Shown here: positions 49,401-61,200 of the stretch, in pieces
Layout of the letters: the number at the start of each line of letters is the position of its first letter
Numbering within the stretch: the stretch's first letter is position 1
DNA from: Phoronis australis
Taxonomy: Eukaryota > Animalia > Phoronida
Assembly: GCA_002633005.1 (NCBI GenBank)
Contig: NMRA01000154.1
Coordinates: 182,216-246,215 of the forward strand
Length of the DNA: 64,000 bases
Direction: 5' to 3'
Notes under the pieces: generated by a model
The model's input: the letters and a program-made list of their open reading frames with translations, nothing else
What the model was told of the DNA's origin: nothing
Databases searched by the model: none
Position numbers and translations under genes: made by a program

Positions 49401-52400
49401 CTCGCAACTCAGCCATTGCCCAGGTATATTTATTGCTTATGGTCCTTGGTCTTCAAACAATTGTAATATGAAACGCGCTAGAGTCACGACAATGTCCTAG
49501 CGGAGGGAATTTTGTTTCTCCGTTGTTTCATTCTGTTGACGATGGCCATTGCACGGACACGAAGGTCACAACATTCGTAAAGAGCCAGGAGAAAGACAGG
49601 GACATTTATGAAACACAAAGTGCAAAAGAAGTGGGTAGCAGTTGGCGTCACATGACCTGCTGGAGACGCGACAGTATAGATGGCACTGAAATATTCATAC
49701 ATCAGATAAGGTGACTATGCGGCACGCGTGCAGCACGCGCTAACCGATCCAGCCGTCTAGACCTGAAAAACAGACGGAATGCCAATGGCGTAGAATGACA
49801 GGGCGTCATAATTTGCGCAAATGTCTTGACCTTATTATCGACCTAAAATGACTCCCGGCACTCTTCCACAAACTAGTCGTGTGGAAGCATCTATAATAGA
49901 AAAATAATATAGGATATCTTTCATGTAAAGTTATCGGCTAAAAACCATTAGATCGTGCCCAAAACAACTTTTCAATTCCTAGATGTATTTACACTTCCAA
50001 AACGGCATTATTGCCTCCTTATCACACGTCAGAAGTGAATTTGATTTGAGAACATCGAACTTTCGAGTCTGAGCTGAAACGTTCACGCCGTCAGTGACCA
50101 GAAACTTATATTTTATTTTTTATTTATTGAACAAACAAACATGTACACAAAACGTATAAAAGGGAACGTCAGTCATGCCCAAAGGCACCCGCGGAAACAG
50201 ACAGTTAATCAGTCAGTGTGATATTTTCAGTGAAAGTTTGAGAGAGCTTTTCCAAAGTACATTATGTTCCTTCCTATTACCATTTATCAAAAGAAGCAAT
50301 TTCTGACAATTGAAGTCATGTGATCTAAAACGTACAGCTATATTGAGCCGGATCTGAAGCATTAATGGAACGCCAGTTCGTACAGATCCTTGAGTGATTT
50401 CTAAACTGAGCAAGTAGTTCACAACTTGCACACTTTGGTGGTGCTACAAAAATGATTGTTGTGCATTGTTGTTTAGGACACAATGCCTCGTTTTAGCATC
50501 AGTTTTAACAACGCAAACGTGAAAGCGCGCGTGTTCCCAACATGCAGAACCAGTGTAGTTTAGACACAATACTTCCCTTTCAAGCACAATGGCAAATTCG
50601 TGTAAGTAGTCATACCACGTTTATAACGGTTTGTGGCCTAAATCACGAGTTGGTTATCGACAGAAGTACGAGTTTATTGTAGCTTCAAGTAGACCACGAG
50701 TGTGTCTTGTAAACCTAAAATGGGACGTCCCAAAAGTTTGGGATTCAGGTTATATCGTCTATACGTCATTCCACAGTCCTCGTACGTTCTCCACTTGAAC
50801 AATGCTATTAGGATGTGCACGAGCTATTTGCTCATCTACCGTCAGCTTGCCGTTTTCTGTTGGAAAATATTTTGGTGAGAATGTTGCTCACTACTGAATG
50901 TAAATTTACGGAATCGGCGGAACACCGAGAATGTCCCCTGTGATGAGAACAGACACTTCTCACAGGAAAACAGCGTGCCCCATCTGACGAATATGACTCT
51001 GAGCAACCACTCCATGAACAGTACGCGGAAACTGAAGTTGGAAAAACGCACACCGACTATCATTGGAATATAAAGATTTGCCCTCCAGATCCACCCTTCC
51101 TTGCGTACAAAAATAAATAGTCTAATTTGAGACTACATAGTCACGGATTCTTTGTCGTACACACCTGACGTCACTGATGTCATTGAAGTGTCCCAAGAGA
51201 TGTGATTATTTGCTCACGCTTGAAGTCTCCGCAAATGGAGGTAGAAAAATAAAAAAGGTCATACAACTTGTTTCCTTCCACATTTCTTACTTTTAATGAG
51301 TTTTTCTGGGTTCTAGATTTTCTGAAAGAAAACTAGCTTATCTCCCAGTAAGTCAAAACTGAAGATACTTAGTTAAAAAAATGCCGCTTATTGTACACGT
51401 ACGTTAAAATGTATAAGAAAAGCAGTCACCGCGAAAGACATTAAACGCATGGTTGGTTTAGGAAATAGAAACAGATTTGCGTTATTTAGAAATGCATCGT
51501 TAATGGAAATCGAATGAGTTCACAAGTATATCCATACAGGTCTATCCAAGAAAGATGAATTTCCTCACTCCAGCCTCGGATGAAAGACGAGCCATTAGTC
51601 AATTACACGCGATGAGTTAGTTTACTATCTACGAAATCAATGCAATAAATGAGCGCGTAAAAAACTGTTTGATCTCGACAGAGGCTATTGAAGGAACGGT
51701 CTTCAGATCAATCTATGAATGACTGGGGTTGACAAAGCCATAATCATGATCGAGTTGAGCTTAGGGTCGCGTAAGCGTTATTGATTTTCATAGCGTGACT
51801 AAGATTTCTTATAGTACTCCAGCAAAGTGTAGTACTACGAATACGACATTTGAGCAAATAAAATTATTATTAGTGTTCCGAGTGTGACGTAACAAAAGTG
51901 TAACAGAGTCAACAGAAAGAGTTGTATTGGAATGACATTTCCGTGATCGTTAGCAAGCAGAGAGAGGGGTTTGAAGCATTTCGTGCGAGAAAAACAAATT
52001 CTCGCAAGAGCTTGCAAAATCATGCAAATGAAAAGCAAGTGTTTCGCGAGTATGCTCAGGAACGTACTAGCTTATCCTAGCAAAATGGCGATCACTGAAG
52101 TGGTTGGTCGGGGAGACTGGAGTGTTGGATTGTGGGATATTTGTGTAAGCTAATGTCTTGGGGTCTACGAAACGTAGCCTGGAGCAAGAGCTGGAGCGTG
52201 TCCCACACTATTTCATTTCCCATCCAGCAAACATAGGGAGATATTTGTATGAGGAAATACCGCGAACAGGAAAATTCGGCAACCGATCTAGCCTGCAGAC
52301 TAATACTGTTTCCGGACATGTAGATTCAGCGTTACGACACGGCGCATGATAGTACGGCAGGCGTATGAGTTGGGATTCAAAATTATTTGCATTGGATTCT

Positions 52401-55400
52401 AGGTGTGAGTGAATCGTGCATTTGTCAAATTTTTCCAACAGCTTTGGACGGAGGAACGCGAATGTTTGTCAGGGACCGGATTACAACTGAGGACGGACCA
52501 AGCTGGGACACTGGTCCAGGAAAACAATTACAAGGAGTTATGGGATATTTTGCACGTCAATTTCAACCAGAGCACAATAACTATTCGACGGATTTTCTCA
52601 AACTTTGGTTTCCCCCCACGCTCTGCAAGACGTACAGCATAGAACTACATTCCGCGGTGATACTGAGGACAGTTGTTTCTCTACGTACACTGGTCCCTCT
52701 TTTGACGTCACCGCGTGTAAGCGATGCAACTTTCAAATTTGTAAGTTCCGATGCTGTACCTTACGAATGAAATCCTTCCCGAAGAGAGGTCGTGGTAAGC
52801 TCTGTTTGCTCCTGAGGCGACACGCAGTGATGGTATTTAATTTACGAGTTATCTATGTAACTCAATTTGTGCGAAAGGTCTTCAGTTTTCGTCAACACGC
52901 AGCTCTTGCCCCGAGCGATCCGTGTTGACAAACGAAACACGTCAAATAACCATTTTAAAGCCCTGCTGTGAAAACTGTGAAACTCACAATGACAATGCAA
53001 AACATCAAGCCGGCATGTTATTAAGAAATATTAATTACATTTTTCTGTGAAGGAACCCCAATAATTTCATGATTTTGAACAAACTGGCCCATATACCCGT
53101 TCCAAGCCGGTTTCATCAAGATTTTAGGACGCCCTCGAATGTTTTGAGAACGGGTTTGCGGTGAAGGGAACCTCAGGCTACAGTGTCTTGCGAATTCGGA
53201 GAAGTCAGGCACGTATTCACGAGGTGTCGCCATGCATTAAAAGCGAAGCGCGTAATCTCACAAGCTTTGACTCGCGAATGAAAAAGCATGTCTTGCTCAA
53301 TCGACCAGTAGCATGCTTAGGGGCGGATACACGAGAGCTGGTGTCTTGTAGTAGACCTAATGTAAGCGACATCGTAAAGCTCAGCGCTCACTTCAGGGAA
53401 CGCTGCCCTCGATCCACGTCCACACCAACCACAGCAAGGACAGAAGGCGAGATCCTCCGATCTCGCGAAGCTGTCTGAGGGCTTCGCCCTCATCTACTCT
53501 ACTCTCAGGGAACGCTGCGTCTGTTAATTAAACATTAATTCAAAATTTCTTGGTTTTAAGAAGGTCAAACTTGAAATAAAAGTATCTAAGAATTTGAAGG
53601 AGCAGACGGGAGGGGGTGGCTCTTCCATCGTAAGTCATGGATCTGCCGTATAGGGAGTGTTTCGTTCTGTTCTTTCACAACATTAAATAATCTTCTATAG
53701 GCCCCAAGTATCCTTCAGAATGCTCCAGGACTCGGGTACGATGCTCGAGGAAGTAGATGCATAGGCGAAACTCTTGAGTTTTAATGGGCGGAGGAGTGGA
53801 ACATAATTTGCCTAGTTTCGTGAACGCCTTCGAAACGTGGACGAGAAAGTAGAAGCAGAGACATTTGCATTTTGGAAAAATGTTATGTTTTCTGAAGACT
53901 TATTAGTCAATTTGTCAAGTTTCACTTGCTGTAAAAGGCGTCGTGACCCTTTTCTGTCGTAAATCAATAGAAATATGAGTATGTCACACCGGAAATGGTG
54001 ACGCACTGAGCAAGACACAGAAGCGTCAACCAATGAGAGTAAAGGCGTGCTCTACCGGTTTTCACCCCTCGGGCTTTTTACGTCTGACACCTGGGCACAC
54101 TGGCCGCGACGACTGTCTACTGTCAGTCCCAGTCTCACTTAATAATCGCACACCTTTAATTTGAGCAATGATGTCAGAAGCAGGCAATAAAATAAAACAG
54201 AAAGGGTTCATCCGACATTTGCTCGCAGCCCCAAGACGGACTCTAGGCATTTTCCTCAGTGGTCGAAATCCGACGCTTTGCCAATAGAACTAAAAGCCAG
54301 TGTGACATGTAGTCGAGTACTCAAGTGAACTTTAATGATGTGATCACCGGCCTCGATTTCATCCTACCGGATAGCGATTTTAAATCCATATATTCTTTTA
54401 TAGCTCTGGTCGTAGCTACTAACGTAAAAAATTCATCCTGGGCTACTCATCAAAAATCCTAAAAATAAGCTTTTCGGCCCTTTAACCGATTATGCTACTG
54501 GAAGCCCATCGCTGAATGTCATTGCTTTGGTTAATGTTTCCGGGCGGAACCCTTTTCATTGTTTTTTTTAATACTGAAAGTTATCGTTCTTAATTGCACA
54601 TAACCAGACCATAAGCACAATAGAGGTCACTGATTACTTCAACAGAAATCTTCCCCGACGCTAACTTGATTTATCCGAGTTAGTTCGCCATTCCGTCTTA
54701 AGTGCAGCGTTGGTCTTTGGTAATATCGCTATTATAAAATCGGCTAACAAGACTAAAAGTACATTTCAGAGCAAGAAAACATATGATAAATCAACCATAA
54801 AACCTTTAACTTTAAATCTTAAATTTTATCGTATTTTTGCATCATTTTATTATTTTATGTGGACACTTTTCAATTGAAGTTGGTTAACTAATTATTGAAT
54901 AAATGAAAAGTATTGGCGATATATATTTCCAAAGTACATAACTGTTGATGTCATTGCAACGTTATTGTTTCTGTTCTTTGATCTTCTAAAAACAAATTAT
55001 GCTATTAGGCAAGTGTTTACTATCCCAGAAGAACAAATCATTTAGTCGTTCACTGCCCACTGATGAGAGTTCAGAAGCAAATTCTGCAGGACCTCAAGCC
55101 CGTTGATAGGTTTCATGAAAACTAAAACCTTAGTTCAAATCCGTTGCTCCTTTGTGTAAACTTTTAAACCGAGTGTAAAAACATTTAGCAAAGTGGACTC
55201 CCCTATCTATCTGATATTGTCAGTTCTTGAGTGGGTGATGCAACAACAGATACGGGTTATTTATTACATGGTGACGGCGACCAAGACAATAACGTTTTTT
55301 CTGTTGCTCTATTGTGAGAAATTTCATTTTTTCATGTGAGAAATTTCATTTTTTCAGCGCCCTTTTATCGGCGAAATTGATCTAACTTGAATTGCGCCAA

Positions 55401-57709
55401 CAATATATTATCGATGTACTCAGCGCGACATGAACTTCTATGAAGAGATTAACTGAGCTCGCTCCCCGAAATCCAGTGTAATCCCCGCCCAGATGTTCGC
55501 CGAGAATAACCACTGCTTTGCTTTTCACAAGTGATTCGATAACATTGACAAGAACACAAATAACTGGTGCTTCAGAATATAATTGCAATCATAAAATGAA
55601 ACGAGGCGCACAGTAAGCAAAAAGCTGCGCAGCCTAAACGCAGCTGATCCGCGCGCCCCCTGTCTCCTATGCCGACTCGATCGACACTGACATTTAGATG
55701 ACCTTTACCAGTATACGCAGTCACAACATAAAATCCTTAACCCAAAATGGTTCTGGTGTAACTCGCTGTCAAAGTTCATTTAACTGGAAAAAGGTCACGT
55801 CAGGTTTGTTTAACGTTTCCACAACGCGTGCGTCTATTACTGGGTTACACTGGTGTGGAAGTTGCCACGAGATCGCGCACGGAAATGACGGTAATCGTGG
55901 AATCAGAAAGCGAATCAAGCGTCTGTTACCGCCAAGGAAATTTACGCTTCATTCTAATTAAAAATACTCAATGATAAAGACCCTGACGTAACCAGTCATC
56001 ACCAAAGGGACACAAACGTGACGCGCCGTGGGGAAGGGGAAACGAGTGGCGACAGAGGGGGGGGGGGGGGNGTGCACGAGCAAACGCAAACTTGAATGGA
56101 TGTCGACTGGGGGGGGGAGCTTTTTGAGGCGAGTAGGGAACCCACGACCCCTTGTGCCCCAGTGGCTGCGCCAGTGGACTGGGATAAGTCAAAAATCATA
56201 GACAAATCACGTACCAATGTATTCATTTGAACTACAAAAATCACTATGAGACATTGCAAGATTGCGGCCTTAAAATGATTTGAATTAACCAACTGCGCTT
56301 TCAAAATACCTTTCAAAATACCTTTAAGCGTTATATCAATCAATGGGCATGCCATCACGTGACATTTCAAATACAGCAAAGGGCTTTGTCAGCAACTAAA
56401 CTTCCCGGTTATCAAGACACATTGCTTGAAAAAAGCAAACGCTTTACATTTTCCTTCAAAGGTATTCGCAACTTTGGAATATAACAAGCCCAGAAATAAA
56501 ACTTAAAATTTCAGTTTCAGACACTGAAATTCAGTTGTTGTGGAAGCTTTGGAGTTTGAAAGAATGAATATTGTTTATCATTTGTGACGTCAGGTCCTTA
56601 GTCGGGTTCCATTTGTTGCCAGAACTAACTATGGATAAAGGCTGACGAAAACCTTGACTCTGACAAGGATACGCGACGAAGACCACAACAAAGGCGCGTA
56701 GCTTTTCACAAAGCAGTGGAGAACTCGGGTCATAGGTCAAACGACAACGTGTTTTCTTTTTAATTTCAAAATCATTAGGATAATTGAGGCGAGGTTCAAT
56801 GCATTTAAGTGGAGTTGACAATGGAAGAAATAACTGGGAAGAAATACGATACCATGCAACAGAATACGAGGTGGCAAAGGCAATTGTGAACCACTTAACG
56901 ACCATATGCAAGATTCCTCTTAAGTTTCTCGACTATATTCACCGGGGAATAAGACGCGTTAGTTGTTTAAGAAACCGTCATCTCAAAGAGAAATTTGTTC
57001 TCTCTTTTGTCAGTTAATTGAGCAACCAACATATTCGCCATTATTCCGTTACTAATATGCTTAGGCACGCCGTAAATTATTCTTTTTTTTGAAATTTATC
57101 GATTTTAAAGCAGCATTTCACACTGTTTAACTGACTAAAAACCAAAATCGAATGAGACACTGAAGTCAATAAAATCGGTGTCATAATAACCTTTACCGTA
57201 GTAGGATGCTGTTTCCGGTACCACCAAGAACATCGAACCATTAGCCGCGACTCAAAAAATAATCAGTCTATTGGCGTTGGCCAACTCAATTATTGCGAAT
57301 TCGTAAATGGCGCATAATTATAGACATCGCAAGTGACTGGAGTTGCTTACGAAAACACAATCTTACCAAGGTAAGGAGTATTGTGAAAGCGATTTTATGA
57401 GAATAGACCTAATTCCACTCTCGTCGTTTTTTTAGAGAGCTAAAGGGGTCGAAATACAGCTTTAAAAGACGGTCTGAAGTTTTGTGATGCCCACGACGAA
57501 TCGGCTCACCTTCCATTTTAGCCTAGGTATAGTTTCCATGTGTCTCATTTATTATAAATGACTCCTTTTTGGCTACACCCTGTCTTCTTTTTAATTTTGG
57601 AAGTTGAGCTTGGGATGCGCTATATTACTTTTCGGGACATGCGTCGAACATAAATAACTTAAGGTGAGTTATGCAAACGCCAAAAGTAATGGTAATTAAT
57701 GGTACTTAC

Positions 57710-58240
57710 CGGAGCTGAACAGTACAATTGCCTTTAAACAGCTATATTCCGCGGAGTCCACGTGTAGCTGCTTCAGTTTCTCAACTTGTTCCTGGAAGAT
57801 TCGTATGTGATCCATGAACGCCACTACTCGGTCGGCCGCCATCGGCGATGCGTGCAGGCCGGCGGCAGCCAGCAGAGGCGCTACATGTAGCGGCATGGAG
57901 CACTGAGCCGCATTCAACACGAACAGTTCGCTCCAACTGAGCCGCAGCAGCGCGACTTGGTCCGTCACTTGGAGTTCTGGGAACAAGGGAATATTGCGCG
58001 CCCATTCGACGGCGGAAAACAGGAGGCGGGCGGCAAGCTCGCAAATGTTCTCAATGCCCATTATATTGTTGGGCTGCATACATTGTCCGTATCGGGACAT
58101 GGGGTAGGGCTCAGCACGCAGAAGCAGGGATATAAAGCTGGACAAGTAGGTGTGGCCGTTTATGGGATCTATGCCGTTGGTTAACGCTAGTTGCCCATAG
58201 GTGGGGTGCTGGGTTGGCGGAATCCGACCCCTCTGGACAG
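57710..58240 (-). CDS. NR2F: COUP-TF / NR2F hinge plus ligand-binding domain exon
   Basis: ttttcag|...|gtaagt, 531 nt, phase 1-1; [13 protein letters not shown]...[16 protein letters not shown]...[24 protein letters not shown]...[17 protein letters not shown]. Confidence 0.98.
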
Positions 58241-61200
58241 CTGAAAAATGTAAACACAGTCTTAAAGAGGATTGATACCTTTTTCAAAAGCTTTTTTGTT
58301 CAATTTGGCACATGTCACTCACTATGAAATGTATCTTGAAAATTTTTAGTCGTTTTTTTAAAAACTCTATCAACAACTTTTCAAACTGAAAGTGTGATGG
58401 AGTGAGAAAGCCACCCAGCGACAACAGTGGGTATCTGACAAGCTGAATCGTTGTGGTATTAGTGTTGGTGACTGTTTCAAACACCATTACTCCCAACACG
58501 GACAAATTCTTGCGTAACGGGGTTGGATCTGGAAATATGCGGGTATCATTTTTGGCACTTCCAGTTTGGGAAAGTGCTATTTAATCAGTTTTGCTTTAAT
58601 ATGAAAGCACGAAAAGGCCCAATATTCCCTTTGTAGAGAGCAAAATATGCCAAATTCACAAAAAAACTCCAAAATGTAACAGGTAACTGAAAGGGGCACG
58701 TAAGACATAGAAGTGGCCCAATGCTTAAACATGAGTTGATATAGAATCCTATAAAGTGGTGCGCACTGCATATCCACGAATCACCGTTTTCGACTGTGGA
58801 TGGCCTATTCATATTTGCTAAACTGCATGTTGACGCATATAAACCCTTCATAATCCATGCAAAAGGGAAGTGACGAGACGGAAGTGTGCACACTGTAAAA
58901 AGGTCATTTGAATCAATGTGCTAGCAGGAAAGTTTGGCTTATTTGTGATGACGTAATCATACGGGGTGGCGTTTTGTTGTAAACGCATTTACACAAATCA
59001 ACAAAAATTGTCAACTTTTTAGAATACATCTAGAGTGTTCTTAACAGTTACAAATATTCACTCTGAAATACCAATACCAGAATAAAGTTTTACTGAGAAC
59101 TGTTTTTCTTATTCCTAGAAGCCTTAGGTTTATTTTGAGTGGCACAAAAGTTACCAAACATTCCACCATTGACTCTCATCGAATTAAAGAAACATAGAAA
59201 CGTTGTTTTAACAGTTCTCCGCTTTGGCGCATCAGCTCTGCTGAAAGAAATCCCTAATATCTGAACTGGAGTAGCGTAAAGCGTGCATTTGGTGCTGAAG
59301 ATAGAAATTTTTTCTTTGCAATCGGAGTCTACCGAAGCTCTTTTTCTAACATCTACAAACTTTGTAATTAATGTATTAAAATATCACCATTAAACCCCAG
59401 TAAAACTTGAACTCACATTTTAATAAATCTTAATGAATTTTTTACTAGGGTATATTACGTAATATTTACGGGAAATACATGTGCGATAGCGGCATATTAC
59501 AAGTTTTGCGCAAATATACATAACGTTTAAGTAGCGTGTCAAAATATCAACAGCACAAGCCTTTCCTCTGCGAAACGATGTACATGTACTATACAAACTA
59601 AACACAGCCAATGTTACAATAGAATATCCCTTGAAATTAAACCCAATACTTTAGGTAAGGACATGTTTTGAGGCGTGTGTCTGGGAGTAACGATGAGAAC
59701 ACGTCTTCACTGAAAACTTACTTTCATTCGCATTGATTTTTTAAAGATTGTTTTGATTCCAAACACTTTCTCAAAGATAAGCATTGTAAAAACCTTGCCT
59801 GATATTGCACCTCAAACGGTAACCGCCAATTGTAAATGTTCTGTGAAAGTCAAGGGGCAGCCTAGAGTTCTCCGGTGTCAAATGCGGATCTGTTTCATTG
59901 AAGCAATTCTAATAATATTACCCACAATTCCTACATTTTAAGTAGTCAGTTTAAAAATCAAACAGTAACTGAGTAAGGTGTTAGTTTTGCCACTTTGGAA
60001 AAAAATGTTTGTGTAATCTCGGGCCTGCCTGCATATCGAGACAATGGTAACTGAACAAGGATCGTCTTGGGAAGAAGTGGTCTCGTCTCCCGTGGAGTTA
60101 GTAATGCTCACAAAGTAGCTAACCATCAAACGTTGGTTCACCGAGTCAACTAGTGGAATTGCCATCAAAAACTGTTATTGGTATTTTTTAAAGCGTATCT
60201 ACGCATTCACGTATAACTACAAACAAAATGCTGCAGAGAATTCAGTTAAGTTTGTGGTCGTGTTAACGAAAGTCCTCCAAAAAATTGGCGCTGAGGAATC
60301 TCCCGTAAGTGATTTCAAAACACCCCATACTCTCCAGTCTGATTTACATGTAAACCTACAACTTGTGACGTCACTCACTTTCACGCGCGTAATGCATTAA
60401 ATAAACATGAAGCGTGATAGGAGGATCTGCCATTTGTAGTCGCAGTAACACATGTAACATGCACACCGTGAACACACGCACACAAACGCACACGCACACG
60501 GCTGACCTCACGATAACTTAACCAACGGTAGTCGCCCTGACTTTGATTTGCATATCGTTGAAAGGTCGGCTGATATTTGAGCTATCTAACATTTGATATT
60601 TAAAAAAACTAATTCAAATGATAAATGTCAGTTTACTATATGAGTCATTCGTCGAGGAGGTCGAGGCTTTCGTTTGATATTAATATGCCTGGTAATCAGA
60701 TGGCTCTGGCAAGAAGGGTGATCTGTTTGCGTACGTAACACATTCGTGTGTCTATATATAGAACTGGGCGGGCATCACGGAAATCGTAAATTTCATTAAA
60801 TATGCAATGCGCTCCTGTCCGTTGTAAAAAAATTATTTCCGCCATTTATGAAATCTCCCTCACACTGATGTTTAGTCTTAACAAGATCTGAAGGTTTTTT
60901 TACTGTTCCAGACCAGCCGGGTCGAACAGAGTGCCGTGGGAATTACAGGAGTTTTATTGGACACACTTTCACGTGAAAGGACAACACAATGACGCAACTT
61001 TGTAAGCGCATGAACGTATACGAAGACCGTTAAAATTCGGAAACAAAACGTGGATAAAATCTTTCTCCAGAGATAACCGAAACAAGTTCCGCAGTTTTAG
61101 CTAGGACATAGAGATACTATACTGCGAAAAAAAACAACAGTTTGCTGAGGGTTGAACATATGAGGAACTTAAATTGCAGGCTGACATAATTTACTGATTC

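Noticed and set aside
55058-55110. Hammerhead candidate CTGATGAG...
   Set aside because: No GAAA after the putative stem II and no stem I.
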